64,000 nt of DNA from an uncultured Clostridia bacterium (GCA_949482135.1 CASYFC010000008.1:14033-78032); one strand, 5' to 3'; shown: positions 30,300-38,373, numbered from the stretch's first letter. Program-made: numbers and translations. The notes: generated by a model from the sequence alone, not told the origin.

Positions 30300-30328
30300 A
30301 TTATAACAGAATAATTTGTTTTGTGCAA
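30300..30328 (-). promoter_or_regulatory. Sigma-A type promoter of the convergent sRNA
   Basis: Read on the minus strand: TTGCAC (30328-30323), 17-nt spacer, TATAAT (30305-30300). Confidence 0.6.
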
Positions 30329-30355
30329 GTTTTTATTTAATTTTTAATAAAACAA

Positions 30356-30383
30356 AAAAATCAGGATTTTAGCTGATTTTTTG
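30356..30383. terminator. Bidirectional hairpin, probably terminating the 30578..31351 transcript
   Basis: 9-bp stem aaaaatcag/ctgattttt, 8-nt loop, with an A-run before and a T-run after. Confidence 0.5.
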
Positions 30384-30577
30384 TGTGTCTCGACGGTTAA
30401 CTTTATTGATGCTATAGGAATACAAAAATTATATTATTTGATGAACCAGAACGTAAAAAGTATTGTAATATCAAGCAAAAGTTATCTTTTGGGGTAGTTC
30501 CTGGGTAAGTATTTTGAGAGAAGCTGGGAAATGCTAAAAGAAATTTATAAAATAAATTATCATAGTAATTTTTATAT

Positions 30578-31351
30578 TTACTTTTTTAGTTCTTTAAGTT
30601 TATGAAATAGTTTTTCTCTGTTTTCATTATATTCCCATTCTCTAACATAGCATATATAAGTTTGCTCATCTTTTTTCTCTTTCCAATTCAAAGATGTTTC
30701 TGATGTGTCTATATCTTTGTAATTTAATGAATTTTTATTATAATCTTCTATTGATATTTCAAATTTTAGTGTATAACATTCAGAAGTATCTCCAAGACCT
30801 AAATTCTCTGTGCTTATTGAAATTGGTAGAAATGATAATGAATTTTCTATACCTAATAGTGACATTAATTCTTCTCTATTTTCCTCTAATTTATTATTAG
30901 TAGTTTTATATTTATCAATTATATTTTCTAATAGTTTTATAGTTCTTCCTTTATCTGAAATCATACAATAATATCTGCTATTCCCTACATTATGTATCGA
31001 ATTATTAGTTAATTCAATAGTATTATCAGTTATATAAAAATATATTCTGTAATATATGTCTTTATATACAAGAGGTACTCTGATTTTTTCTAAATCAATA
31101 TGTTCTGAAATTTCTTGTAATTCTATTAATTCTATTATCTCTTGCTTTTCTTGCTCTTCTATATTTTTTAAGCTAACAGTATTATAACTTGTTTTACCAG
31201 AGAGAGCAAGTATAAACCATACAGGTGTTCCTATTATAATTAACATCGCAATTAAAACTAAAACTACTGAAATTATTAGAAAAATATTTAATTTATTTCT
31301 TTTCTTTATTTGTTGTATATCTTTATCTAATATTTTCTCCCATTTATCCAT
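30578..31351 (-). CDS. Hypothetical membrane-anchored protein (257 aa)
   Basis: Long ORF with a single TM segment (IFLIISVVLVLIAMLIIIGTPVWFILAL). No recognisable motif. Confidence 0.6.
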   Translation of the reverse strand: MDKWEKILDKDIQQIKKRNKLNIFLIISVVLVLIAMLIIIGTPVWFILALSGKTSYNTVSLKNIEEQEKQEIIELIELQEISEHIDLEKIRVPLVYKDIYYRIYFYITDNTIELTNNSIHNVGNSRYYCMISDKGRTIKLLENIIDKYKTTNNKLEENREELMSLLGIENSLSFLPISISTENLGLGDTSECYTLKFEISIEDYNKNSLNYKDIDTSETSLNWKEKKDEQTYICYVREWEYNENREKLFHKLKELKK

Positions 31352-31748
31352 AAATTTTCCTCAGCTTATTAATATATTATAAAGACATTTTAACATAATT
31401 TATATAGTGATACAATGAATAATAAAATCTCGTAATTCAAAATCACGAGATTTCTTATTTAATATTTAAAATTATAGTCATTATCTATTTTTGAAAATAT
31501 TTCTAAAAATTCTTTCTTTTCTTTTTCAGAAATATTATTTACAAATGAATGTGCTAAAATTTCTCTTTTCATTAATTGATATTCTTCCTCTATATATAAC
31601 CTATCCTTAATTTCTTTTAGACATATGCTCCTTTAATAATTTATAAAATTTTGCAAATAATATTTTATAGAATGATTAAATGGTCTATACAGTATTAAAA
31701 AATTACTATACTCACTACATATAAATAATACAGAAGGGGAATATTAGT

Positions 31749-32012
31749 ATGCAATTAGAAAAAGCTGTTAAAATAAGAATTGACTATTTTATGAAAAAGA
31801 ATAATATTAATTCATTGTGGGAACTATATAAAGCTACAGGTGTTCCAAAATCAACAATTAATTCATTACTATCAGAAAATAATACAAATAATATTCCTAA
31901 ATTGCCTACATTATTGCATATATGCGAAGGTCTTAATACTAACCTAAAAGACTTCTTTGATGACCCAATGTTTTTAGATGTAGAAGATATAACAGAAGAT
32001 TTAAACGATTAA
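31749..32012 (+). CDS. XRE-family helix-turn-helix transcriptional regulator (87 aa)
   Basis: HTH_3-like pattern (..SLWELYKATGVPKSTINSLLS..LPTLLHICEGLNTNLKDFF). GGGGA SD upstream. Terminator hairpin at 32014-32050. Confidence 0.7.
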   Translation: MQLEKAVKIRIDYFMKKNNINSLWELYKATGVPKSTINSLLSENNTNNIPKLPTLLHICEGLNTNLKDFFDDPMFLDVEDITEDLND

Positions 32013-32149
32013 GTATAAATGAAAATAAATTCATTTATGCTTTTTATTTTTTCATCACTCCTTTATTTTACAATTGCTTACATCTACTGAATGTAACTTT
32101 AAATACAATAATATTATATGATTACTAAAATACAAGTTTGGAGTAAATT

Positions 32150-32362
32150 ATGGGGGCAAGAAAATTAAATAATAAACTTAATATTGTATCAAGTAATCTT
32201 TATAAATATCGTACAATGAGAAAAATGTCACAACCAGATATTTGCAGAGAATTAGCTTTAATGGGTGTTACTCTCTATATCAATGATATTTATAAAATTG
32301 AACATATGTTCTCATTTATTTTTGACAACAAAAAAATCCAAGATTTCTCTTGGATTTGGTAG
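32150..32362 (+). pseudogene. Truncated XRE-type HTH ORF reading into the att repeat and tRNA 3' end
   Basis: The N-terminal half looks like an HTH (MRKMSQPDICRELALMGVTLYINDIYKIE). The similarity is then lost and the frame runs through the tRNA terminator and acceptor stem. Confidence 0.45.
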
Positions 32363-32374
32363 CGACGGTGAGAT
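32332..32374. repeat. Proximal att-like repeat (tRNA 3' end plus its terminator hairpin)
   Basis: Partner of 29889-29930, with the 16-nt identical core at 32353-32368. Confidence 0.65.
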
Positions 32375-32433
32375 TCGAACTTACGACCTGCCGGGTATGA
32401 ACCGGATGCTCTAGCCAACTGAGCTACGTCGCC
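32357..32433 (-). tRNA. tRNA with anticodon CAU (elongator Met most likely; lysidine-Ile2 not excluded), CCA encoded
   Basis: Minus-strand cloverleaf: GGCGACG TA GCTC AGTTGGCTA GAGC A TCCGG TTCATAC CCGGC AGGTC GTAAG TTCGAAT CTCAC CGTCGCT A CCA (77 nt). There is one A:C mismatch in the T stem and a G1:U72 pair. Confidence 0.85.
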
Positions 32434-32446
32434 ATAAGCAGATATA

Positions 32447-32475
32447 ATTATACAAGTATTATTGTATTTTGTCAA
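32447..32475 (-). promoter_or_regulatory. Consensus sigma-A promoter of the tRNA gene
   Basis: Minus strand: TTGACA (32475-32470), 17-nt spacer, TATAAT (32452-32447), about 13 nt upstream of the mature 5' end. Confidence 0.7.
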
Positions 32476-32596
32476 GATTTATATTACAAAAATATAAAAA
32501 ATTATTTATAATTTAAATGCTTGAAATAAATTTATACTATTGATAAAATTAATAAATACAAAAGAAATGCAAAAAAATGTGATGGGAGATTTGTAT

Positions 32597-33478
32597 ATGG
32601 AAGATAATAAAGATTTGCTAAATGAAATTGATAAACTAGAAGATAATGAAGAAATTCTAGAAGAAGCAGAAAAAAGTACTTCACATGAAAAAATATTTAC
32701 AATAATTGTTATATTAATTATTATTGTAGCTTTATTTATGATGTATTTATCTTATAAAGGAACATATATTGTTTCTAATAAAGAAAATAAACAAGATGAT
32801 TTTTCAGCATATTTAGATGTTAATAATAACGAAGAAAATAATATACAAAATGAAGAGATAGATTATGAAGAATTAGAAAGACAGAAAAAAGAAAAATTTG
32901 AACAACAAAAAAATAATTTAATAATTACTTCTCAAATATTAGATATTGACGGAAAATTAATTGCAACAATCTATAATGGGAATGAAGAAGGTATTGATAA
33001 TGTATTAGTACAAGTTATTTTTTATAATGGAGAAGACAAACCAATAAAAATTGATGAAAGAACCATAGATGTTTTTGATAGTCAATCAGAGTATTTTTTG
33101 TTTTTTGAACATACACCAAAGGCATATGAAAGATGCGAGTTTTTAATTACTAAAGAGAATTTCTATAATAGTTATAATTCTAACAGAAATAAAATTAGTT
33201 TTTCCTTTGAGGAAAAAAGTGACCAAAATATAATTGAAATTTCAGGAAAAAATGAGTCAGAACATAAAATTCAAAGAGTTAATTTTGCTATTATATACTA
33301 TGATGAAAATGACCAAATAATTGCAATAAGAGAAGGAAGTGAGTATGATATCAAAAAACAAAAAGAATTTAAAATTCAAATAAATAAACAACTATATAGT
33401 TATGATACTTATGAAGATGTACCATATAGCAGATATGAAGTTAGATTATTAAATTCAATGTCATATGTAGAAAAATAA
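32597..33478 (+). CDS. Hypothetical membrane-anchored protein with two similar beta-rich extracytoplasmic domains (293 aa)
   Basis: Tracked ORF starts at 32540, but ATG 32597 has a GGGAG SD 8 nt upstream. Acidic N-terminus, one TM (IFTIIVILIIIVALFMMYLSY), then two segments with a ..V.VIFYNGEDKPI.. / ..FAIIYYDENDQII.. pattern. First gene of a tightly packed 3-gene operon. Confidence 0.65.
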   Translation: MEDNKDLLNEIDKLEDNEEILEEAEKSTSHEKIFTIIVILIIIVALFMMYLSYKGTYIVSNKENKQDDFSAYLDVNNNEENNIQNEEIDYEELERQKKEKFEQQKNNLIITSQILDIDGKLIATIYNGNEEGIDNVLVQVIFYNGEDKPIKIDERTIDVFDSQSEYFLFFEHTPKAYERCEFLITKENFYNSYNSNRNKISFSFEEKSDQNIIEISGKNESEHKIQRVNFAIIYYDENDQIIAIREGSEYDIKKQKEFKIQINKQLYSYDTYEDVPYSRYEVRLLNSMSYVEK

Positions 33479-33488
33479 AGGAGAAATT

Positions 33489-34865
33489 ATGAATTTTTAT
33501 GAAAAAAGATATGAACGAAAATTTTTAAATAGAATTGTTCATACAACACTAAATCCAGATAATCCAGGTGTTGTTAGAATACATTTGGTTCCATCAAAGT
33601 TTTCAATTTTAAAAACAAGACCAAGCATTGTTATTTTAAATGGAAAAGATATTATACCTCTTAATCCAGCTTGGACAATACTTCTTTCAATATTTATTGA
33701 TGAAGTAAATGAACATAAAGGTAATGAAATATCAGATGAGCAGATAGAGAAAATTGTTGAAATTACAATTTCTAGGTTAAAGAAAATTTATAAATTTGCT
33801 AAGGAAGAAAAAGTCAAAGAAGATTTATGGAATATGATTAATTTATTTACATCAATAGCAAATAAAGAAAAGACTGAAATAGATGTTGGACAAATTTCAA
33901 TTGGAGATTTTTCAAAATTTATGAAAGCTCCACATCGTATAGATTTAATGATCAGTTCTATGAAAAAAGATAATCATTGGAATTGTAATCAGCAATGTAT
34001 GCATTGTTATGCTGCAAATCAAAATTTTGCTGAAACACCTGAATTAACAACTGATGAATGGAAGAAAGTAATAGATGTTTGCAAGGATAATTGTATTCCT
34101 CAAATAACTTTTACTGGTGGAGAGCCTACAATAAGAAAAGATTTAGTAGAGCTTGTAGAATATGCAAATTGGTTTGTAACAAGGCTTAATACAAATGGTG
34201 TATTATTGACAAAAAAACTTTGTAAAGAGTTATATGAAGCTAGTTTAGACAGTGTTCAAATTACATTATATTCAAATAATAAGGAAATCCATAATAAATT
34301 GGTTGGAGCAGATAATTTTGATAAAACAATACAGGGAATTAAAAATGCAATAGATGCTGGATTAAATGTAAGTATAAATACACCATTATGTTCATTAAAT
34401 AAAGACTATGTATCAACTCTGAAATTTGCTAAAGAACTTGGAATCATTTATGCATCTTCATCAGGATTAATTGTTACAGGAAATGCCAAAAAAGAAGCAT
34501 CAAAAGAAACTCAACTAACTAAAATTGAAATTACAAAATCTTTAATAGAAGCTTGCGAATATGCTGAAAAACATGAAATGGAATTAAGTTTTACATCTCC
34601 TGGCTGGATTGATGAGGAAATACTAAAAGAATTAAAACTTGATATTCCAGCATGTGGTGCTTGTTTAAGCAATATGGCTGTTTCTCCTGATGGAAATGTT
34701 ATGCCTTGCCAAAGCTGGCTTGGTGAAAAGTCATCTTTAGGAAATATTTTAGAAGATAAATGGGACAAAATATGGAATAATCCAAAATGTAAGAAGATTA
34801 GAAAAAATTCTAGTAAGTCAAGTTTTACTTGTCCTTTGAGAGGAGGTAAAACAAATGAAAATTAA
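33489..34865 (+). CDS. Radical SAM enzyme with a C-terminal SPASM/twitch-like auxiliary-cluster domain and a ~165-aa N-terminal extension (458 aa)
   Basis: CX3CX2C motif CNQQCMHC, GGEP motif (FTGGEPT), C-terminal CGACLSNMAVSPDGNVMPCQSW ... CKKIRKNSSKSSFTCP. SD AAGGAG 5 nt upstream. Confidence 0.85.
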   Translation: MNFYEKRYERKFLNRIVHTTLNPDNPGVVRIHLVPSKFSILKTRPSIVILNGKDIIPLNPAWTILLSIFIDEVNEHKGNEISDEQIEKIVEITISRLKKIYKFAKEEKVKEDLWNMINLFTSIANKEKTEIDVGQISIGDFSKFMKAPHRIDLMISSMKKDNHWNCNQQCMHCYAANQNFAETPELTTDEWKKVIDVCKDNCIPQITFTGGEPTIRKDLVELVEYANWFVTRLNTNGVLLTKKLCKELYEASLDSVQITLYSNNKEIHNKLVGADNFDKTIQGIKNAIDAGLNVSINTPLCSLNKDYVSTLKFAKELGIIYASSSGLIVTGNAKKEASKETQLTKIEITKSLIEACEYAEKHEMELSFTSPGWIDEEILKELKLDIPACGACLSNMAVSPDGNVMPCQSWLGEKSSLGNILEDKWDKIWNNPKCKKIRKNSSKSSFTCPLRGGKTNEN

Positions 34866-35820
34866 CAAAATATTTTTAGTGTTTTTTGTGTTTGCATTAG
34901 CAATACTATTTAATAATATTTGTTTTGCAAAAGATTTAGATCAAATAAATAAATATTATATAACAGTTGATCCTAGAAATGATGGAACTTTAGATATGGC
35001 ATATCATATTGAATGGGAAGTCCTAGATTCTACATCAGAAGGACCTTTAACATGGGTTCAAATTGGAATTCCTAATTCATATGTTGATTCTATAAAAAGT
35101 CCTTCAAGTGAGGTAAAAAGCATAAGATATTATGAAAATAATGGATCATATATAAGAGTAGATTTTAAAAAATCTTATAATGAAGGTGATGTAGTAAAAT
35201 TTGATTTTACTTTTCATCAAAGATATATGTATGAATTAGATTATTCATATTGTACTTACAATTTTACACCAGGATGGTTTGATGATATTGTTGTAAATGA
35301 TTTAAAAGTATATTGGAATGCTGAAAAGGTTACATCAAGTACAGCAGAAGAAACAAATTCGGATAATTATTTAGTATGGTCAGGTAGGCTTGCAAAAGGT
35401 GCAAAATTGAAAACAAAAGTAGAATATCCTAAAAGTGCATTTAATACATTAAATGAAAGTCAGCAAGTAAGTAATGCAGATACGAGTTATAATAGTATTA
35501 ATAACAGAAATTCAATAAATTCAATAAATACAATAATTGTAGTAATAGTTATATTTATTGGATTTACAAATCTTTTGTCTACATTTATGGGAACAGGTTA
35601 CAATAGGCATAGAGGATATGGATATGGAAGACCTTATCATCATCATCACCATCATAATCATTCATCACACCATCATTCATCAACTAATACAAGGAGTTGT
35701 GTAAGCAGTTGTGCATGTGCATGTGCTTGCGCTGGTGGAGGTAGAGCAGGGTGTAGCAAAAAAGACTTTTATGGAACTAACTTAAAAACTAATAATATTA
35801 AAAAAATTTTAAATAAATAA
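34855..35820 (+). CDS. DUF2207-like membrane protein with a His-run and Cys-Ala-repeat C-terminal tail (321 aa)
   Basis: Signal peptide (..NNICFA/KD). Beta-rich ectodomain (YYITVDPRNDGTLDMAYHIEWEVLDS..GPLTWVQIGIPN). One TM (IIVVIVIFIGFTNLLSTFMG). Tail: GYNRHRGYGYGRPYHHHHHHNHSSHHHSSTNTRSCVSSCACACACAGGGRAGCS. The ATG overlaps the radical SAM gene by 11 nt, with a GGAGGT SD inside that gene's last codons. Confidence 0.8.
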   Translation: MKINKIFLVFFVFALAILFNNICFAKDLDQINKYYITVDPRNDGTLDMAYHIEWEVLDSTSEGPLTWVQIGIPNSYVDSIKSPSSEVKSIRYYENNGSYIRVDFKKSYNEGDVVKFDFTFHQRYMYELDYSYCTYNFTPGWFDDIVVNDLKVYWNAEKVTSSTAEETNSDNYLVWSGRLAKGAKLKTKVEYPKSAFNTLNESQQVSNADTSYNSINNRNSINSINTIIVVIVIFIGFTNLLSTFMGTGYNRHRGYGYGRPYHHHHHHNHSSHHHSSTNTRSCVSSCACACACAGGGRAGCSKKDFYGTNLKTNNIKKILNK

Positions 35821-35821
35821 T

Positions 35822-35852
35822 AAAAAGCCTAGATTTTTTTCTAGGCTTTAAA
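35822..35852. terminator. Bidirectional intrinsic terminator
   Basis: 9-bp stem aaagcctag/ctaggcttt, T-rich loop, with A and T runs on both sides. Confidence 0.8.
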
Positions 35853-35854
35853 TT

Positions 35855-36103
35855 TTATTCTTCATCTTTTTTTACTTTGTCAGTTTCTTCCTTTTGGGAA
35901 GTATTTTTGTTGGAATCATCCTTTTTCTTTTTAGCAGTAGGAATAATGAATTTTTTTCTATTATTTACAGAATCTTTTGGTCTTAAAGGATTCATACAAT
36001 CATTTACTTCTGATATGTTTAAAACTGATTCATCACCTATTACAACTTCAATTTCTTCTTCGTTAATTTCTTCTTTTTTATGTTTATTTGATTTTTTTAA
36101 CAT
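35855..36103 (-). CDS. Small Lys/Glu-rich hypothetical protein (82 aa)
   Basis: ATG 36103 has a GAGGTG SD. A perfect consensus promoter lies upstream. The overlapping + strand ORF 35877..36119 is its shadow. Confidence 0.6.
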   Translation of the reverse strand: MLKKSNKHKKEEINEEEIEVVIGDESVLNISEVNDCMNPLRPKDSVNNRKKFIIPTAKKKKDDSNKNTSQKEETDKVKKDEE

Positions 36104-36139
36104 ATTTATCACCTCATAAATAAATTAATGCATAAACAT

Positions 36140-36168
36140 ATTATAGCATAAGCAAAATACTATGTCAA
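36140..36168 (-). promoter_or_regulatory. Perfect consensus sigma-A promoter of the small K/E-rich gene
   Basis: Minus strand: TTGACA (36168-36163), 17-nt spacer, TATAAT (36145-36140). Confidence 0.65.
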
Positions 36169-36282
36169 AAGTAAAAAATTACAATATATTAATATGTAAA
36201 AAGTAGACATAAAAACGCCCTAAAAACTTGACATTGATAGCGTTTCGTGTAATAATATAAGAATACTAAAAAGGAGGAGAAT

Positions 36283-36888
36283 ATGAAACTTAGCAAAGAA
36301 CAAGCAATAATTGAATCAATGCTTTTTGCAGCTGGACGTGAAGTAACAATAAAAGAACTTACTAATGTTCTAGAACTTGGTGCAGAAGATATAGATAGAA
36401 TTATAGTTAATTTGAAATCAGAATATGATGCTAGAAATAGTGGAATAGAGATAATTAAAGTAAATGATTCATATCAACTTTGCACAAGAAAAGAGTATTA
36501 TGAGTATATCTATCCATTATTTGATAATAGAGCAAAGCCAAATATATCAAATGCTGCTTTAGAAACTTTAGCTATAATTGCATATAATCCTAATATCACA
36601 AGAGCAGAAATTGAAGCCATTCGTGGAGTTAATGCAGATGGTACAGTATATAAATTATTAGAATTTGATTTAATAGAAGAGGCTGGTAGATTAGATGCAC
36701 CTGGTAGACCAAATACTTACAAGGTAACAAATAAATTTATGAAAATGTTTGGAATATCAAGCTTAGAAGAATTACCAGATTTACCAAGATATAAATTAGA
36801 CGAAAATGAACAAATTGTTATAGATGAAGTTATGGAGGCTCCAATGCCCGAAAGGGAAGACGTAGATATTGAAAATAAAGAAGAATAA
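36283..36888 (+). CDS. scpB: Segregation and condensation protein B
   Basis: N-terminus ..IIESMLFAAGREVTIKELTNVL.. and tandem winged-helix pattern (..YQLCTRKEY.., ..ALETLAIIAYNPNITRAEIEAIRGV..) typical of ScpB. 201 aa. Confidence 0.85.
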   Translation: MKLSKEQAIIESMLFAAGREVTIKELTNVLELGAEDIDRIIVNLKSEYDARNSGIEIIKVNDSYQLCTRKEYYEYIYPLFDNRAKPNISNAALETLAIIAYNPNITRAEIEAIRGVNADGTVYKLLEFDLIEEAGRLDAPGRPNTYKVTNKFMKMFGISSLEELPDLPRYKLDENEQIVIDEVMEAPMPEREDVDIENKEE

Positions 36889-36936
36889 AAATATCAAGTG
36901 TATAATTAATATACACGTAAAATTGGAGGTTTAATT

Positions 36937-38373
36937 ATGGGAAAAGAAGAATTTGTAAAAGAAATAACAAATATTGAAGATAATTTTGCACAATGGTATA
37001 CAGATGTTGTAAGAAAGGCAGAACTTGCAGATTATACAGATACAAAAGGATGTATAGCTATAAGACCATATGGCTATGCAATTTGGGAAAACATTCAAAA
37101 CTATGCAGATAGAAAATTTAAAGAAGTTGGCATAACAAATCTATATATGCCAGTTCTTATTCCAGAAAGCATGTTAGAAAAAGAAAAAGATCATGTTGAA
37201 GGATTTGCACCAGAAGTAGCTTGGGTTACTATGGGCGGTGGAGAAGAACTTGAAGAAAGGCTTTGTATTAGACCAACTTCAGAAACAATGATGTCAACAA
37301 TGTATTCTAAATGGGTAAAATCTTGGAGAGACTTACCAATACTTGGAAATCAATGGTGTAATGTTTTAAGATGGGAAAAAGAAACAAGACCATTTTTACG
37401 TTCAAGAGAGTTTTTATGGCAAGAAGGTCATACTGTTCATGAAACAGCAAAAGAAGCAGAAGAATTAACATTAAAAATGCTTGATATATATGCTGAAGTG
37501 GCAGAAAATCTTTTAGCAATACCAGTATTAAAAGGTAGAAAAACACCAAAAGAACAATTTGCAGGAGCTGAAGCTACTTATACAATAGAATGTATGATGC
37601 ATGATGGAAGAGCATTACAATCAGGAACATCACATTATTTTGGACAAAATTTCACTAAACCTTTTGAAGTAAAATTCCAAAATAGAGAAGGAAAAGAAGA
37701 ATATGCATATCAAACATCTTGGGGAATAAGTACAAGATTAATTGGAGCTTTAATTATGGCTCATGGAGATAATAGAGGTTTAAAATTACCACCAAGAGTT
37801 GCACCAATTCAAGCTGTTATAGTTCCAATTGCACAACATAAAGAAGGTGTTTTAGAAAAAGTTAATGAAATTTATAAAGATTTAGCTAAAAACTTTAGAA
37901 TGAAATTAGATGATAGAGATAATTGTTCAACTGGTTTCAAATTTAATGATTGGGAAATGAGAGGAGTACCAGTTAGAATTGAAATTGGTCCAAAAGATTT
38001 AGAAAATAATCAAGCAGTTTTAGTAAGACGTGATAACGGAGAAAAAGAAATAATAGAACTTTCTAGATTAAATGAAAGATTAGAAAAATTATTAGATGAA
38101 ATTCAAGAAAGTATGTATAATACTTGTTTAGAAAGAAGAAAAGAGAAAACAACTGTAGCATATACATTAGATGAAATGATTAAACAAATGGAAGAAAATC
38201 AAGGATTTATAAAAACAATGTGGTGTGGAGATGTAGCTTGTGAAGATAAAATAAAAGAAGTTACAGGTGCGCATTCAAGATGTATGCCATTTGAGCAAGA
38301 ACATTTATCAGATGTTTGTCCAGTTTGCGGAAATAAAGCTACAAAAATGGTAGTTTGGGGAAGACAATATTAG
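36937..38373 (+). CDS. proS: Prolyl-tRNA synthetase, archaeal/eukaryote-like type (478 aa)
   Basis: N-terminal ..[17 protein letters not shown].., class II motifs (RPTSET, FLWQEGH, ..[10 protein letters not shown]..), C-terminal zinc motif C..C..CPVCG, ending in ..WGRQY. Confidence 0.9.
   Translation: MGKEEFVKEITNIEDNFAQWYTDVVRKAELADYTDTKGCIAIRPYGYAIWENIQNYADRKFKEVGITNLYMPVLIPESMLEKEKDHVEGFAPEVAWVTMGGGEELEERLCIRPTSETMMSTMYSKWVKSWRDLPILGNQWCNVLRWEKETRPFLRSREFLWQEGHTVHETAKEAEELTLKMLDIYAEVAENLLAIPVLKGRKTPKEQFAGAEATYTIECMMHDGRALQSGTSHYFGQNFTKPFEVKFQNREGKEEYAYQTSWGISTRLIGALIMAHGDNRGLKLPPRVAPIQAVIVPIAQHKEGVLEKVNEIYKDLAKNFRMKLDDRDNCSTGFKFNDWEMRGVPVRIEIGPKDLENNQAVLVRRDNGEKEIIELSRLNERLEKLLDEIQESMYNTCLERRKEKTTVAYTLDEMIKQMEENQGFIKTMWCGDVACEDKIKEVTGAHSRCMPFEQEHLSDVCPVCGNKATKMVVWGRQY

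Larger units (their letters stand above)
29925..32352. mobile_element. Putative decayed integrated element (~2.4 kb) at the 3' end of the tRNA gene; no integrase present
   Basis: Bracketed by the direct repeats above. Contents: a type I TA-like module, an orphan membrane protein, an XRE regulator, a truncated XRE ORF running into the repeat, and a frameshifted small ORF. Confidence 0.45.

Noticed and set aside
30413-30516. Short open frame reading ..KIILFDEPERKK.., reminiscent of a Walker B (DEPE) box of AAA_15/21 or ABC-type ATPases. It could be a relic of a larger element gene.
   Set aside because: Only about 34 codons lie between stops, with no further motifs. This is too short to distinguish from chance.
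32290-32475. 61-aa minus-strand ORF.
   Set aside because: It overlaps the tRNA gene and its promoter, and its translation is an artefact of the tRNA sequence.
35877-36119. 80-aa + strand ORF.
   Set aside because: It is the shadow frame of the minus-strand K/E-rich gene, which has a consensus promoter, an SD and a terminator. The + frame has none.
36889-36936. Looked for T-box leaders upstream of proS and aspS (42139-42290).
   Set aside because: The proS spacer is 48 nt. The aspS promoter leaves a leader of about 28 nt. Neither has room for a specifier hairpin and antiterminator.
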